Of a stretch of DNA of 64,000 bases, positions 37,845 to 51,645 are shown in pieces (position 1 is the stretch's first letter; each line of letters begins with the position of its first letter). Position numbers and translations under genes: made by a program. The stretch comes from Ruditapes philippinarum. Lineage: Eukaryota. The notes beneath the pieces were generated by a model. That model had not been told where the DNA came from. It saw only the letters and a list, made by a program, of their open reading frames with translations, and searched no databases. The stretch spans positions 372,001 through 436,000 of the forward strand of contig NW_026855127.1 of NCBI RefSeq assembly GCF_026571515.1, written 5' to 3'.

Positions 37845-40800
37845 TATAGTTTGTAGTTAATTCAATTGAAAGATATGGACTTGCAAATGCGGCTGCTGGG
37901 ACATTAAGTATTTAAAGTTTCAATACAAGTATTTCAAGGAAAGTGGTTGCCTTGAAATGTGATTTATTCGAATAGCGACATGGTTACCAAAGTGAGGGTG
38001 ATTTTTTGATTTTTCAATAATAACTAGTACAACTTCTTTTATACTTTATCAATTTGACATTTTTCGAGAAACCATTTCATATAATACTGAAAAGAAACAG
38101 AAAAAAGTGATTCATTTAGTATGACGTTATCTCACAAAAGTCACTGAATCACATTCGATTTTTGGATAAGCCAGTTAAGCCTTTGATGCCTGTTTAACTT
38201 TCAACCTGGTTACTTAGTATTATCTTTGTATTTTGGAATGTTCATATACTATTTGTTCTTCATTTCAATTATTTGTTTTCCAAGTCACTTATTTGATTTT
38301 TCAAATACATTGCCAACTCTGTTGAACGGCCCTTTATCGGTTACCAGTTTTTCCAAAAGTAAACCTTCAGAATAAATTTCACTTTTAAAGAACCATAACT
38401 CATAGCAACAACCAAAATCCTTGTGTTTCAAATGTTGTTGCCAATGAGATGTGTACTGCTGCTATAAAAACAGTCCGCTTAATATAATAAAATACACACA
38501 TGGAGTATACAACTTTGCAAAATAAATTCATGCGATACAACCACTCATAAACTTAACATAAAATATTCAAGGAATAGTCCCTTTTGCTCCGGAAAGAGCT
38601 TCCAAAATACTTACGTAAGAACACGTCAATATGACATGTTTGTACCAAATAACCTTCAAAGTATTTCCTTAAAGCGCATGTCTTTAGATCAAAATGTGTT
38701 ATTCTTAGAATAACTATATATGTACGATGTTCACACCAGTCCGTATATGGATAGCCACTGAGTAAATTTTAAAATAGTTTGGAAAAGCACCTAACGTAAG
38801 CGCACAGTTGCCATTCGCAGGTTGTTTTTTTTTTTTTCATTCTTATTGTCACTTCGCTATTTATTTTTCGATATGTTCAGAAATAACTCTAAGTACCTGC
38901 CGAACCTAAGTGACGTGTGGACAATGTGAAAGACGAGAAAATGCTAATATAGGCACCGTTTCACCGCGTGCGCTTTATCCAAAAGAAAAGTGGGCCCGCA
39001 ATTCTGAATTTTAAAAAAAAAACGAGCAGTCCGATTATGACCAGATTAATCATAACTGTATTACCCTGTGTAAGAATTTTTTTTGGAAATAAAAAAGGGA
39101 TGGGGAAGTAAACTTCAAATGATCACTAGCCTGTTTTATGGCATTATTCATTAATGCATCCGTGTCTGCACTTTTTGCTATTCAGTTAGTAAATATTTTT
39201 AAAGTTGCCCTAAAATCATACAATGAGGTAGAAACGCCTGTGTCCAAATAAAAAGAAAGCATGGCCATTATGTATGGGCTGACTACGAAAGCGTCATGGT
39301 GCCAATTTATAAGGTTATATAAAAATAACTTCTACGTAAGAGATAAAAACCCTAATAAGAAGTTTTTTACTCTTACGTAAGACTTTATTACTCCTTTGTA
39401 AGCCTGAACATTATAAAGTCGCAACGCAGGAAGGAATGGAAAGGAAAGGGAAGAAAAATAAAATAAAAGAAAGGAAAAGAAAGGAAAGTCAAGAAAAGAA
39501 AGAACAGGAAAGGAAAGCTATAACAAGAGCGCGTGACTATGTTAACACATGGTTTTGGTCCCGTTATAACATGGGCAAAAGAGGGGAAAATAGCCGATTT
39601 TATGCTATAATAATAAATAAGTTCGATGCTTAGACTTTTATATTTCCTTCTCAAGACATTAACGATAAAATTATACATTTATTGTGTGCGTGCGATTATG
39701 TCGCATCTAAGTTGTTACTCATTTTACCTGCCCTATAACCGCCTCCGTGGTCAAGGGGATAGAGTCGATGACTTATAATCCAGTTACCTCTCTGGCGTGG
39801 GTTCAATCCCCGGGAGATGCTTTAGTAGTTTAGCGCAGAGGAAGGTAGTTTAGTACTGGTGTAACTCTCCAGGAACGATAGTTAGGAAAATACCCGCCTA
39901 TATGACTGTAATACTGTTGGGAAAAGGTGTAAAATGAAAACAAACAAAACATTTTACCTTCCCATGTTTGTTTTGGAGTAAAGTAGACCTCCCTGAAGAC
40001 ATGGTAGCCTTGGTATCCTCAAGTGTTTTGAAGACCAACACTGTCTTAGAAGGAATGGCTGAAAAATAAAATATTACTTTAGGAAATGCAATTTTCCGCT
40101 AATTTTAAAACATATGTATGAATCAATGGTTTATGTTATACATTTACATCTATATGAATTGAAAATACTGCACCTAAGTGACCTTGCTTTTCATTTAACG
40201 AGAACATGTTTTTTTATATTTTGCATTATCAAAGGTCGCCACCTCCTGTTTTTGTTTCTTAGTTCGCCTGTGAAGGAAGCTATTACTTTATAGACACTCA
40301 GATCCGTTCCTGGAAGCAACCAGTATTAAGGAATGAGTGTAAAGTTTCTTGCCGAATGAAACGACGGTTTGCTACTGACCGGGTTTAAACCCACTCGGCT
40401 AGATTGTTAGATTACTAATCCGACGCGTTAACCTTGGCCATGCCTCCACACTCACATCAACACATACCTGCTTTTTATGTGTTGATGTTGTCACCACATA
40501 GTTGAACCTTTAGGCAGTTATATCTATCAAGTAAAATTATTCTATTTATAATTTCTTTATTTTGATATTTAACTCTAAATGATGTAATTGTTCGAGTAAA
40601 CACGATGAGGTCATTGTTGATTAGATGTTGATTCGCTGCCCATGTTATACATTTATAGATTAATTAACTTAAAGCAGCGTTTGATTACAAATGGGTGGCG
40701 TCAGGAATAGAACAATTTATTCCCAAAACAATTTTGATAATTTTGCTAATCATAACAAATATCATTTGAATCATTCAGAGAAAACTGTTTATCTCATATA

Positions 40801-41326
40801 TCTAAAAATGGTCTGAACAAGAATGTTCATTACAAAACCTTCATAAACGTGAATTGGTCTATAATAATAGAAGGTCTGTAGTACAATGAATAATTATGTT
40901 GATATATAATTAGTAGACATAACAACATATGAATATTGTTGTAAGTTGTGAAATACATCATCCGATATTACATATATTTATATAGCAGATAATTAATTAT
41001 TCTAGAATAGAATATTAATTTTCATCATATTAAATGTTCATAATTAATAAATAAGAAATTTATCATCATTTTTTTTTTCGAGCAATATTTCATAAAAAAG
41101 ATATGATACATTTTTCATTGTTTCATCCATATTTGAAACAACTCTGAAAATTTTGCCTATTGTAGACCTATATACTTTATCCAGTACTTACCTCTGATGG
41201 CAAGCATCATAATCAATTATAAAAAATTACCATAAACGTGTGTTTGCCGATTCTAAAGATGAAAAACATCAAAAATCTTGTGTTACGGATATTTTTGTTC
41301 AAGGCGTGACATTCGTATTTAAGCAT
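37845..41326. repeat. Chimeric gene-less unit derivative E
   Basis: 37845-39516 matches 20190-21893; it is joined at ~39517 to sequence matching 28156-29987. Confidence 0.85.
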
Positions 41327-44300
41327 TTTACACTCATTCCTTAATACTGGTTGCTTCCAGGAACGGATTCGAGTGTGTCTATAACGAATAGCTTCCTTCA
41401 CAGTCGAACTAAGAAACAAAAACAGGAGGTGGAGACCTTTTGATAATGCAAAATATAAAAAAACATGTTCTCGTTAAATGAAAAGCAAGGTCACTTAAGT
41501 GCAGTATTTTCAATTCATATAAATGTATATGTATTACATAAACCATTGGTTCATACATATGTTTTGAAATAAGCGGAAAATTGCCTTTCCGTAAGGAAAT
41601 ATTTTATTTTTCAGCCATTCTTTCTAAGACAGTGTTGGTCTTTCAAAACACTTGAGGATATCAAGGCTACCTTAATTGTCTTTAGGGAGGTCTACTTTAC
41701 TCCAAAACAAACATGGGAAGGTAAAATGTTTTGTTTGTTTCATTTTACACCTTTTCCCAACAGTATTACAGTCATATAGGCGGGTATTTTCCTAACTATC
41801 GTTCCTGGAGAGTTACACCAGTACTAAACTACCTTCCTCTGCGCTAAACTACTAAAGCATCTCCCGGGGATTGAACCCACGCCAGAGAGGTAACTGGATT
41901 ATAAGTCATCGACTCTATCCCCTTGACCACGGAGGCGGTTATAGGGCAGGTAAAATGAGTAACAACTTAGATGCGACATAATCGCACGCACACAATAAAT
42001 GTATAATTTTATCGTTAATGTCTTGAGAAGGAAATATAAAAGTCTAAGCATCGAACTTATTTATTATTATAGCATAAAATCGGCTATTTTCCCCTCTTTT
42101 GCCCATGTTATAACGGGACCAAAACCATGTGTTAACATAGTCACGCGCTCTTGTTATAGCTTTCCTTTCCTGTTCTTTATTTTCTTGACTTTCCTTTCTT
42201 TTCCTTTCTTTTATTTTATTTTTCTTCCCTTTCCTTTCCATTCCTTCCTGCGTTGCGACTTTATAATGTTCAGGCTTACAAAGGAGTAATAAAGTCTTAC
42301 GTAAGAGTAAAAAACTTCTTATTAGGGTTTTTATCTCTTACGTAGAAGTTATTTTTATATAACCTTATAAATTGGCACCATGACGCTTTCGTAGTCAGCC
42401 CATACATAATGGCCATGCTTTCTTTTTATTTGGACACAGGCGTTTCTACCTCATTGTATGATTTTAGGGCAACTTTAAAAATATTTACGAACTGAATAGC
42501 AAAAAGTGCAGGCACGGATGCATTAATGAATAATGCCATAAAACAGGCTAGTGATCATTTGAAGTTTACTTCCCCATCCCTTTTTTATTTCCAAAAAAAA
42601 TTCTTACACAGGGTAATACAGTTATGATTAATCTGGTCATAATCGGACTGCTCGTTTTTTTTTTAAAATTCAGAATTGCGGGCCCACTTTTCTTTTGGAT
42701 AAAGCGCACGCGGTGAAACGGTGCCTATATTAGCATTTTCTCGTCTTTCACATTGTCCACACGTCACTTAGGTTCGGCAGGTACTTAGAATTATTTCTGA
42801 ACATATCGAAAAATAAATAGCGAAGTGACAATAAGAATGAAAAAAAAAACCTGCGAATGGCAACTGTGCGCTTACATTAGGTGCTTTTCCAAACTATTTT
42901 AAAATTTACTCAGTGGCTATCCATATACAGACTGGTGTGAACATCGTACATATATAGTTATTCTAAGAATAACACATTTTGATCTAAAGACATGCGCTTT
43001 AAGGAAATACTTTGAAGGTTATTTGGTACAAACATGTCATATTGACGTGTTCTTACGTAAGTATTTTGGAAGCTCTTTCCGGAGCAAAAGGGACTATTCC
43101 TTGAATATTTTATGTTAAGTTTATGAGTGGTTGTATCGCATGAATTTATTTTGCAAAGTTGTATACTCCATGTGTGTATTTTATTATATTAAGCGGACTG
43201 TTTTTATAGCAGCAGTACACATCTCATTGGCAACAACATTTGAAACACAAGGATTTTGGTTGTTGCTATGAGTTATGGTTCTTTAAAAGTGAAATTTATT
43301 CTGAAGGTTTACTTTTGGAAAAACTGGTAACCGATAAAGGGCCGTTCAACAGAGTTGGCAATGTATTTGAAAAATCAAATAAGTGACTTGGAAAACAAAT
43401 AATTGAAATGAAGAACAAATAGTATATGAACATTCCAAAATACAAAGATAATACTAAGTAACCAGGTTAAAGGTTAAACAGGCATCAAAGGCTTAACTGG
43501 CTTATCCAAAAATCGAATGTGATTCAGTGACTTTTGTGAGATAACGTCATACTAAATGAATCACTTTTTTCTGTTTCTTTTCAGTATTATATGAAATTGT
43601 TTCTCGAAAAATGTCAAATTGATAAAGTATAAAAGAAGTTGTACTAGTTATTATTGAAAAATCAAAAAATCACCCTCACTTTGGTATCCATGTCGCTATT
43701 CGCATAAATCACATTTCAAGGCAACCACTTTCCTTGAAATACTTGTATTGAAACTTTAAATACTTAATGTCCCAGCAGCCGCATTTGCAAGTCCATATCT
43801 TTCAATTGAATTAACTACAAACTATATTTGTTATATTATAGTACTGGCTGCACTGTGAGATGGATTGGTGTATCAATCTTGAAGGCAAATTGTGCCGGGA
43901 TACCCGTCTTATATTTTACAGGTCCTTCGAGGTATTTGATTTATATTTTGTCTCCAATGTGAAAAGCATCATTACCATAAGAGGATATATATTGCTTTTT
44001 ACACTGTATCAAAAGTATTTAGGTGTATTTTCTTTATCGCGGATCAATAGCAGAATATTTACGCAAAAGGTATGTGGTCCGAGACCATCTAGTCCCTTAT
44101 TTACCTAGTTTTTGTTCCATTTTGCGATGTTGTTACTTTTTCCACTGAAATGATTGCCAGTCTATATACACGCGGCAATGATAGCGACACTGACACGGCA
44201 AGTAAAACGAAACTGTGAGGACATGTTTGGAATGATTAAGTATATATGTTATATATCAAAGTAAATATGAAAATCTAAAGGAAATAAAAAAGTTATAATA

Positions 44301-44689
44301 ATAAGCAAGTCAAAATATAACTAAAAATGACTGGACCTTTCAGTAAAGATGACACTACAATAAGCAGACATATTTTCGTCTCTATTTATTACTCATAATA
44401 ATACAAAAATGTCCACAAAGTTCGATGAACGACACAGTTGACATACTGCTACTGCTGTGCTACTGCTGTGCTAGTACTACTGCTGTGCTACTGCTACTAC
44501 TATGCTATTGCTACTGATGTGCTAATGCTACAGCTGTGCAAATGCTACTGCTGTGCTACTGCTACTCCTGTGCTTCTGTTTTGCTGCTGCCTGCTAAAAC
44601 TACTGCTACCGTTGAGCTACTGCTTCTGCCAATTTCACATTATATATTTTTGCTACTGCTTCTGCTACTGCCAATTTCATGTTTTATAA

Positions 44690-46515
44690 TTATGCCCCCC
44701 TTCGAAGAAGAGGGGCTATATTGTTTTGCTAATGTCGGTTTGTCGGTCCGTCGGTCTGTCCGTTGGTAGACCACATAGTTTCCGCTGATTTTATTGAAAA
44801 TTATCTATAACAGAGTCTTCATATTTCACATAGTGATTGGTCATAACTAGAAGATGACCCCTATTGATTTTGGAGTCAGTAAATTAAAGGTAAAGGTCAC
44901 AGGGGCCTTTAATGTCAAAATGGTTTCCGCTGATTATCTTGCAAAATATTCATCACAAAGTATTCATATTTTACATATTAATTGGTCATAACAAGTAGAT
45001 GACCCCTATTAATGTTGGGGTTACTAGGTCAAAGGTCAATGTCACAGGGGCCTTAATTGACAGAATGATTTCCCGCTGATTTTCTTGCAAAGTATTCATC
45101 ACAAAGTCTTCATATTCACAAATTGATTGTTCATAACTAATAGATGACACCTGTTTATTTTGGGGTTATAAGGTCAAAGGTCAAGGTCGCAGGAGCATGA
45201 ACTATCAGAATGGTTTCCGCTCATTATCTTGATTACAATTCATTGCAAAGTCTTCATATTTCACAAATTGATTGGTCATAACTAAAAGATGATCCCTCCT
45301 GATTTTGGGGTCACTAGGTCAAAGGTCAAGGTCACAGGGGCCTTAAATGTGAAAATGGTTTCAGCTGATTATCTTGCAAAGTATTCATCACAAAGTCTTC
45401 ATATTCACAAATTAATTGTTCATAACTAGTAGATGACACCTGTTGATTTTGGGGTAATTAGGTCAAAGGTCAAGGGCGCAGGGGCCTCAAATATCAGAAT
45501 GGTTTCCGCTCATTATCTTGATTACAATTCATTGCAAAGTCTTCATATTTCACAAATTGATTGGTCATAACTAGAAGATGATCCCTCTTGATTATGGGGT
45601 CACTAGATCAAAGGTCAAGGTCACAGGGCCTTACATGTCAAAATGGTTTCCGCTGAATATCTTGCAAAGTATTCATCACAAAGTCTTCATTTCACATATT
45701 GATTGGTCATATCTAGTAGATGACCCCTATTGATTTTGGGTCACTAGGTCAAAGGTCAAGGTCACAGGGACCTTAAATGTCAGAATGGTTTCCGCTGATT
45801 ATCTTGAAAAGTATTCATCACAAAGTCTACATACTTCACGTATTGATTGGTCATAATTAGTAGATGACCCCTGTTGATTTTGGGTCACCAGGTCAAAGGT
45901 CAAGGTAACAGGGTCTTTGAATGGTAATATTGTTTTAGCTCATCTTGAAAGATATTTATCAGAAAGTCTTCATATTTCACATAGTGATTGGTCATTACCA
46001 ACAAATGATCTGTATTGCTTTTTTGGTCACTAGATTAAAGGACAATGTCACAGGTGCCTTAAATGTCAGAATGGTTTGTTCTTATTATCTTGAAAACTAT
46101 CACAAAGCCTTCATATTTTACATACTGATTGGTCATAACTAGAAAGTGACCCTTATTGATTTTTGGGTCACTAGGTCTAAGGTCAAGGTCACAGGGTTCT
46201 TAAATGTTAGTATGTTTTCCGCTCATTATCTTGAAAGCTATTTATCATAAAGTCTTCATATTACGTATATTGATTGGTCATAACAATTAAATGACCCCTT
46301 TTGATTTCTGGTCACTAGTTCAAAGGTCACAGGGGCCTTAAATGTCTCATTATCTTGAAAACTGTTTATAACAAAGTCTTCATTATTTTTCTTTTTTCCA
46401 TAACTGAACACTTCCATGTACCCATTCATGGCAAGTTTCAATAAAAACAATTACCAATAATGTGAGTCAAGGGCTAGAAAGGGGGGAGCATATGTGTCGT
46501 TTGACATTTCTTGTT
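44690..46515 (-). mobile_element. Mirror copy of the HINE element
   Basis: Reverse complement of 35154-36975 with a few SNPs and indels. Confidence 0.85.
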
Positions 46516-48221
46516 TTGCTACTGCTACTGCTGTGCTACTGCTAAAACTACTGCCACTGCTTTGCTACAGCTACTGCCAATTTCACGTTTTATAATTTTC
46601 CTACTGCTGTGCTACTGCTTATTTACACTTCACTTTTCCTACTGCTTTCCTGCTACTGTCTACTGTCCATTTACCTGATAGCCTCGCCTTTACAGTCAAT
46701 GGAACCAACTGACGGTATAGCAGCACATCAAGATCATCACTATGAAATATACAAAATAAATACATTCACTATAGAATAAAAAGTTATGCGTAAAATAACT
46801 TCTTTAGGTGATAAACTTCTAATATGCTTTGAATCCATTATCGAAACATTACTTAACACATGTTTGCCTATTCTCGTGAATAAAATTGTTCCACTTATGA
46901 GGCAAAATGTCCATTAAAGTGTTGAAGACTCAATACTGCATAAAGCTGTCCAAGCTGGCGTGAGTATTGAAGACTTAACCCTGATGAAGGCGATCCTAAG
47001 TTGCGTAAAAGATGCCGAACTTTGCATGCTGTTTCATGACGAAGTTAAATCCGACTGAGTATGTAATACCCCACAATGTTGTTGTTTTAGGGTGCCATAA
47101 GTGCCATTATGTAATAATTAATTTCGACCTAATATAATTCTTTATCCAAATAGAAGATCTCAAAGTTATGGCTGTAGTACAAATATAAGGTAATTCCTGC
47201 AGAAGGAATCATTGTAGAGCAAAGACCTGTTTAACAACATAAACAGCAAGAATTATTCCCAAAAAACAAGTTTTCTGAAGAAGTCAAACATTTTCAGAAC
47301 GAGAGAAGTCAAATCTTTATAGAACCCAAATGTTGATGCTTTGCAGAGGTTGAACTTTAGTTGTTTAATTAAATTATTGATTATTGAGAGGCGGGGCAGA
47401 GTGATTAACACGTCGGACTAGTAATCTAAGGATTTCTGGCCGCGTGGGCTCACACCAAGTCAGGGGCAAGCTATTTTTTCCTGGAGCAAGAAATGTAGGA
47501 CTCATTGATTACTGGAACGGATTTAAGTGTTTTAAGAACCTTACATCAACACAATCGAACTAAGATTTATTAGTACAAACTAAATAAATATTGATTAAGA
47601 TCTCGGTACGCAGCATTTGTATTGATTTCTTTTTGTTACTTTTTGTGACATTGTGATATTGTTGGAAAGAATAAGTGAGTAAAGTAGAAATATTATTATA
47701 ATATGTTTCAAGGGAGATAACCATAGAAAAATTTCTTGCCAAAATCCTGAATCAGTCCTACGCATAAACCCTTCCAGCCTGCTGAATCTCAGTAAGGGCT
47801 TATCAGCTAGTAAATCACTATTAACTGTATATCTCCCATTAACACGTCCACTGAGTTGAGAGTTTTGTCATTATTTATTGCCCCTCTGTATTCTTATCTA
47901 ATGGCCCCAACTTTGAAGGATCAAATTTCTATAGAAGATACACTCACTATCAATGTTTTTTTCTCCTTTCTTTTGTAAATGGGTCTGTGGCCCAATTGAA
48001 TTGTGAAACTTAGCAATTATTTGTAAATATACTTTATAACATAAATTATGATAATTATTTTTTAAATTAATAATAAATAAAGTTCAATAGTTAAGTGTCA
48101 CTGTTACTCATGTTACTGACTGAACCCCCCTCCCGGCTCGCTAAAAAACAAAAACAAAAAAACTGTTCATAGATGTTTTTACTGCAAAGTGCAAGACTCT
48201 TAACTAAAATGACCAGGTAAG

Positions 48222-50200
48222 TATAAGCTCGACTCGACTATACTAAGAATGTGGTGAGTTGTCCTACTCACCTCGGTTTGCAAGTCGACGTCAGCGTCCA
48301 TACTTTAAATTAATGTTTATGCGCCTATAACTTCTTTATTTCTTAAGGTATCAATTTCAAATATACATGTATATTCCTAATCATCATCCACATCATTTGA
48401 TAATGTGCAAAACTCTGAAACCAGTATTTCCAGAACTATATCCCATTGAACTTAAAATAATGTTATATTTTACTCTAACATCTTCATTTCATATTAAGTA
48501 TTGACTTTAAACTTCAAACATGTGTTCCTTATCATCAACTACATCATATGTGACAATGTTTTTTTACTCTAACACCAATTTTTCCAGGATTATCTCCCCA
48601 TGAATTTTTTTCCTCTCAAAAAATCTTTTTTATTTCTTAAGGTATCAACTTCTAACTTCAAATATATTTCCTTATCATGTGTGACAAGATTCATAACTGT
48701 AGCATGAATATTTCCAGGATTATATCCCATTAAACTTTTTTTAAAATAAAAATTGATATTTTATAACTTTAAACAATAACATGGCAAGCTTCATAACTCT
48801 AGCATCAATATTTTCAGTATCATTATCCCTTTATACTTAGAATTTTCCTTATTAAATTCGGACTTCAACAAGAGCTGTCACACAAGATTAGTGACGAATG
48901 CCCCCGAAAAAGTTTCTTAAGCATGCAGGACTGGTAGTATGAAAAGAAAAGAGGATGAACGTAACTAATTGCTTAATATTTTTCTTTGTATTATTGTACC
49001 TATAATCTCTTATTGTGATAGCGTATCAGTGTAACCCTGACCTTTGAAGAAGGAACATGGTTCCTGGATACGACAGAATGTTGTCATGAGATAGACATTT
49101 GTGCCAATTTATTTCAAAATCCCTCAATGCATGATAAAGTTACATACTGGACATGATTGTTGTGTAAGTGGGGACACACAAACGGACAGACGGACATAAC
49201 CCTTTGCTGCGATACATTGTCCTGATGTGGTAGGCATTTGTGCAAAAGTTATCATAAAAGTTTTCCATGCATGCCGGGCATGAATGTGTATCTTCAAACT
49301 CTTCTCGAATGAATGAATACCTTCAAACTATAAGTATGACCTTGACCTTGAAGGTAGGGATAGGGGTCTTAGTCGCGACATGTCGTCTTGATGTGGAAGA
49401 TATTTATGCCTAGTTATTTTGTAATACTTTGATGCATGACAGTCCGGACACGAATGTGTGTAACTATAAACTCTAATTTTGATATAGTGAACTTCAAAAT
49501 GGTAGTGTGACCTTGACCTTTGAGGTAGGGGCGTGATAAGTTGACGCGTAACACATCGTCTTGATGTGGAAGACATTTATCCCAAGTTATTTTAAAATTC
49601 TTCCATGCATGACAAAGTTACATTCCGGACACAAATGTGTGAACCTATAAACTTTTATTGTGATAAAGTGAAACTTCAAAATGTTAGTGTGACCTTGACC
49701 TCTGAGGTAGGGACGTAATTCTTGGATGCGACACATCGTCTTGATGTGGAAGACATTAATGCCTAGTTATTTAAATATCATTCCATGCATGACAAAGTTA
49801 TAGTCCGGACAGGAATGAAGTGGGGACGCACAGACAGACGGACGTCCAGACAGACAGAGGGACGGTGCGATTTTAATATGCCTCCCTTCGGCGGCATAAA
49901 AATGTTTTTTATCAACACCTATATGGGATTAGATTTATAACTCATTAGTCCTGTATTTCTAGAATTATCTCCATTTCATTTTTGAATTAGGGATTTATTG
50001 AAAATTAATATATTTCTAACAATTATCTTTGTTATTATAAATGACATCAACTCTAGACTTAAGATAATTTTCCTTTGTCATTACTCACATCATGCATGAC
50101 ATGGTTTATAACTCTAGTATCCTTATTTCAAGAGATATTTCCTCTTGGAACTTAGAATTTTACTTTAAAAACTTTATTTACTTTTTGCTTGTATCATTTA
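48222..50200 (-). mobile_element. Degenerate HINE-type element nested in the 2.94-kb transposon (right boundary uncertain)
   Basis: AGCTCGACT...GAGTT hairpin remnant, CGTC repeats and diverged tandem units (ATAACTCTAG...ATTATCCC) on both sides of a younger insert. Confidence 0.5.
48867..49900 (+). mobile_element. HINE / Helentron-type element with ~170-180-bp TGACCTTGACC repeats
   Basis: 5' AACAAGAGCTGTCAC...ATGCCCCC; (GACA/GACG)n; terminal hairpin ATGCCTCCCTTCGGCGGCAT-AA. Confidence 0.8.
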
Positions 50201-51139
50201 GGTACCTTTTTTATAAAAATTTTTTATAAAAAAATCACATTCATCTCTTTCCCTACTAGTTTGAATGATAAGCTTCAATAATGCTTTGAATCCATTATTA
50301 TCATTACTAAACATTATTTTGCTCCTTCTGAAAAAAAAGAAAAAGAATGTAAATCACTGAGGTATGATATGCCTTTAATATGAAAGTAATTTACAAAATC
50401 ATTTTCATTGTGAGTTGTAAGTGATTAAAAACCTTTTTTTTACTGTAATCCAATTTGTATTTGTCTTCTTTACACTAAAAAGTTAAATATTAGTTTTTCG
50501 TTACATCTAAAATGTTTTCTAGTCTTCCAGCTTAAACTATACATTCTTGAAACATGATAGGATCATAAAACATTCAATGGTGCTGCTATCAGTAATACAG
50601 TGACAATCCGTGTAATTATAATTAAATGCTCATCACTGGCCAGAGATAGGAAATTTTGGGGAAAACTGGAAATCTTGGGCTTGTGCGTAGGACTGGAATG
50701 ATTATTCATCTTTACTCAACAATGTCCTCAGGCGTTAATTTTTTTAATATTTTCTGACTGTATCTTATGACCTAAAGCTTCTAACAGTTTAGATATTTTA
50801 ATTTTCATTTCCCTATCCTTTTCTTCCTTACTTTTCCTTACTTTTTCTTTCTTTTTCTTTTCTTTTCTTTCCTTTCATTTCTTTTCGTTTCTTTCATCTT
50901 CTTTCTTTTCCTTTCTTTCTTTTCCTTTCGTTTCATTTCCTTCCTTTCCTTTCCTTTTATCCATATAAGTGAAGCAGGGAAGATTAATTTTCTTTTATTT
51001 TGTTGTTTCAAGAAGATTTTATCTTTAATAAAATGATATTATCAGTCACCTAGCCACTTCGTATTTCTTGCCTTTCTTTTTGATATAACCAATTAGCTAC
51101 CCATTTCATTAAGAGTTCTGGGACCGTGTTGATGAATAT

Positions 51140-51645
51140 GTAATGGTTATCATGAAATCATTTGTAATTTTCATCATGCTACTACTTTTAATTGTCATCA
51201 TGCTATCATTTGTTATTGCTATATGTTTCATTTGTAATTGCCATCATGTTTTCACTTGTTACTGTCTTCATGTTATCATTTGTAATTGCCATCATGATAT
51301 TATTTGTACTTGTCATATTGTTATCATTTGTATTAATCATGTTATCACTTGCGATTTTCATCATATTGTCATTTTTAATTGCTACCATGTTATCACTTGT
51401 TACTGTGATCATGTTTTTATTTGTTACTGTCTTCACATTATCATATGAATTGCAATCATGTTATTTTTGGCAATTGTCATATTGTTATCATTTGTAATTG
51501 TCATACTCTTAACGCTTGCAAATGTCATCATATAAGAATTTGTAATTGCCATAATATTATCACTTGTAACTGTAGTCATGTTTTCACTTGTAACTGTCTT
51601 CATATTATCATTTGTAAATGTCATCATGTTTTCATTTGTACTTGT
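51140..51645. repeat. 24-bp minisatellite (TCATTTGTAATTGTCATCATGTTA-like)
   Basis: 24-bp periodicity read directly; second array at 61630-62195. Confidence 0.9.

Larger units (their letters stand above)
47753..50695. mobile_element. 2.94-kb non-autonomous DNA transposon, 19-bp TIR, 4-bp TSD (tentatively Academ-like)
   Basis: GAAT-CAGTCCTACGCATAAACCC...GGGCTTGTGCGTAGGACTG-GAAT (17/19 match); empty site in the left arm at ~33915. Confidence 0.88.
33489..51139. repeat. Large inverted duplication (palindrome): left arm ~33489-40343, spacer ~40344-41326, right arm ~41327-51139 interrupted by insertion 47753-50695
   Basis: Mirror-image identical or near-identical ORFs (e.g. 35219+/46256-, 37563-/43860+, 39388-/41999+) with coordinate sums 81665-81677; direct reverse-complement reading. 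Confidence 0.97.

Noticed and set aside
39388-39678. Identical ORFs repeated at 28117, 39388, 41999 and at 37563/43860
   Set aside because: Identity reflects very recent DNA duplication; they span TE ends and junction or low-complexity sequence.
33489-51139. Palindrome as a pure fold-back sequencing artefact
   Set aside because: Arms differ by SNPs, indels, divergent patches and a TSD-bearing insertion; a haplotype mis-join remains possible.
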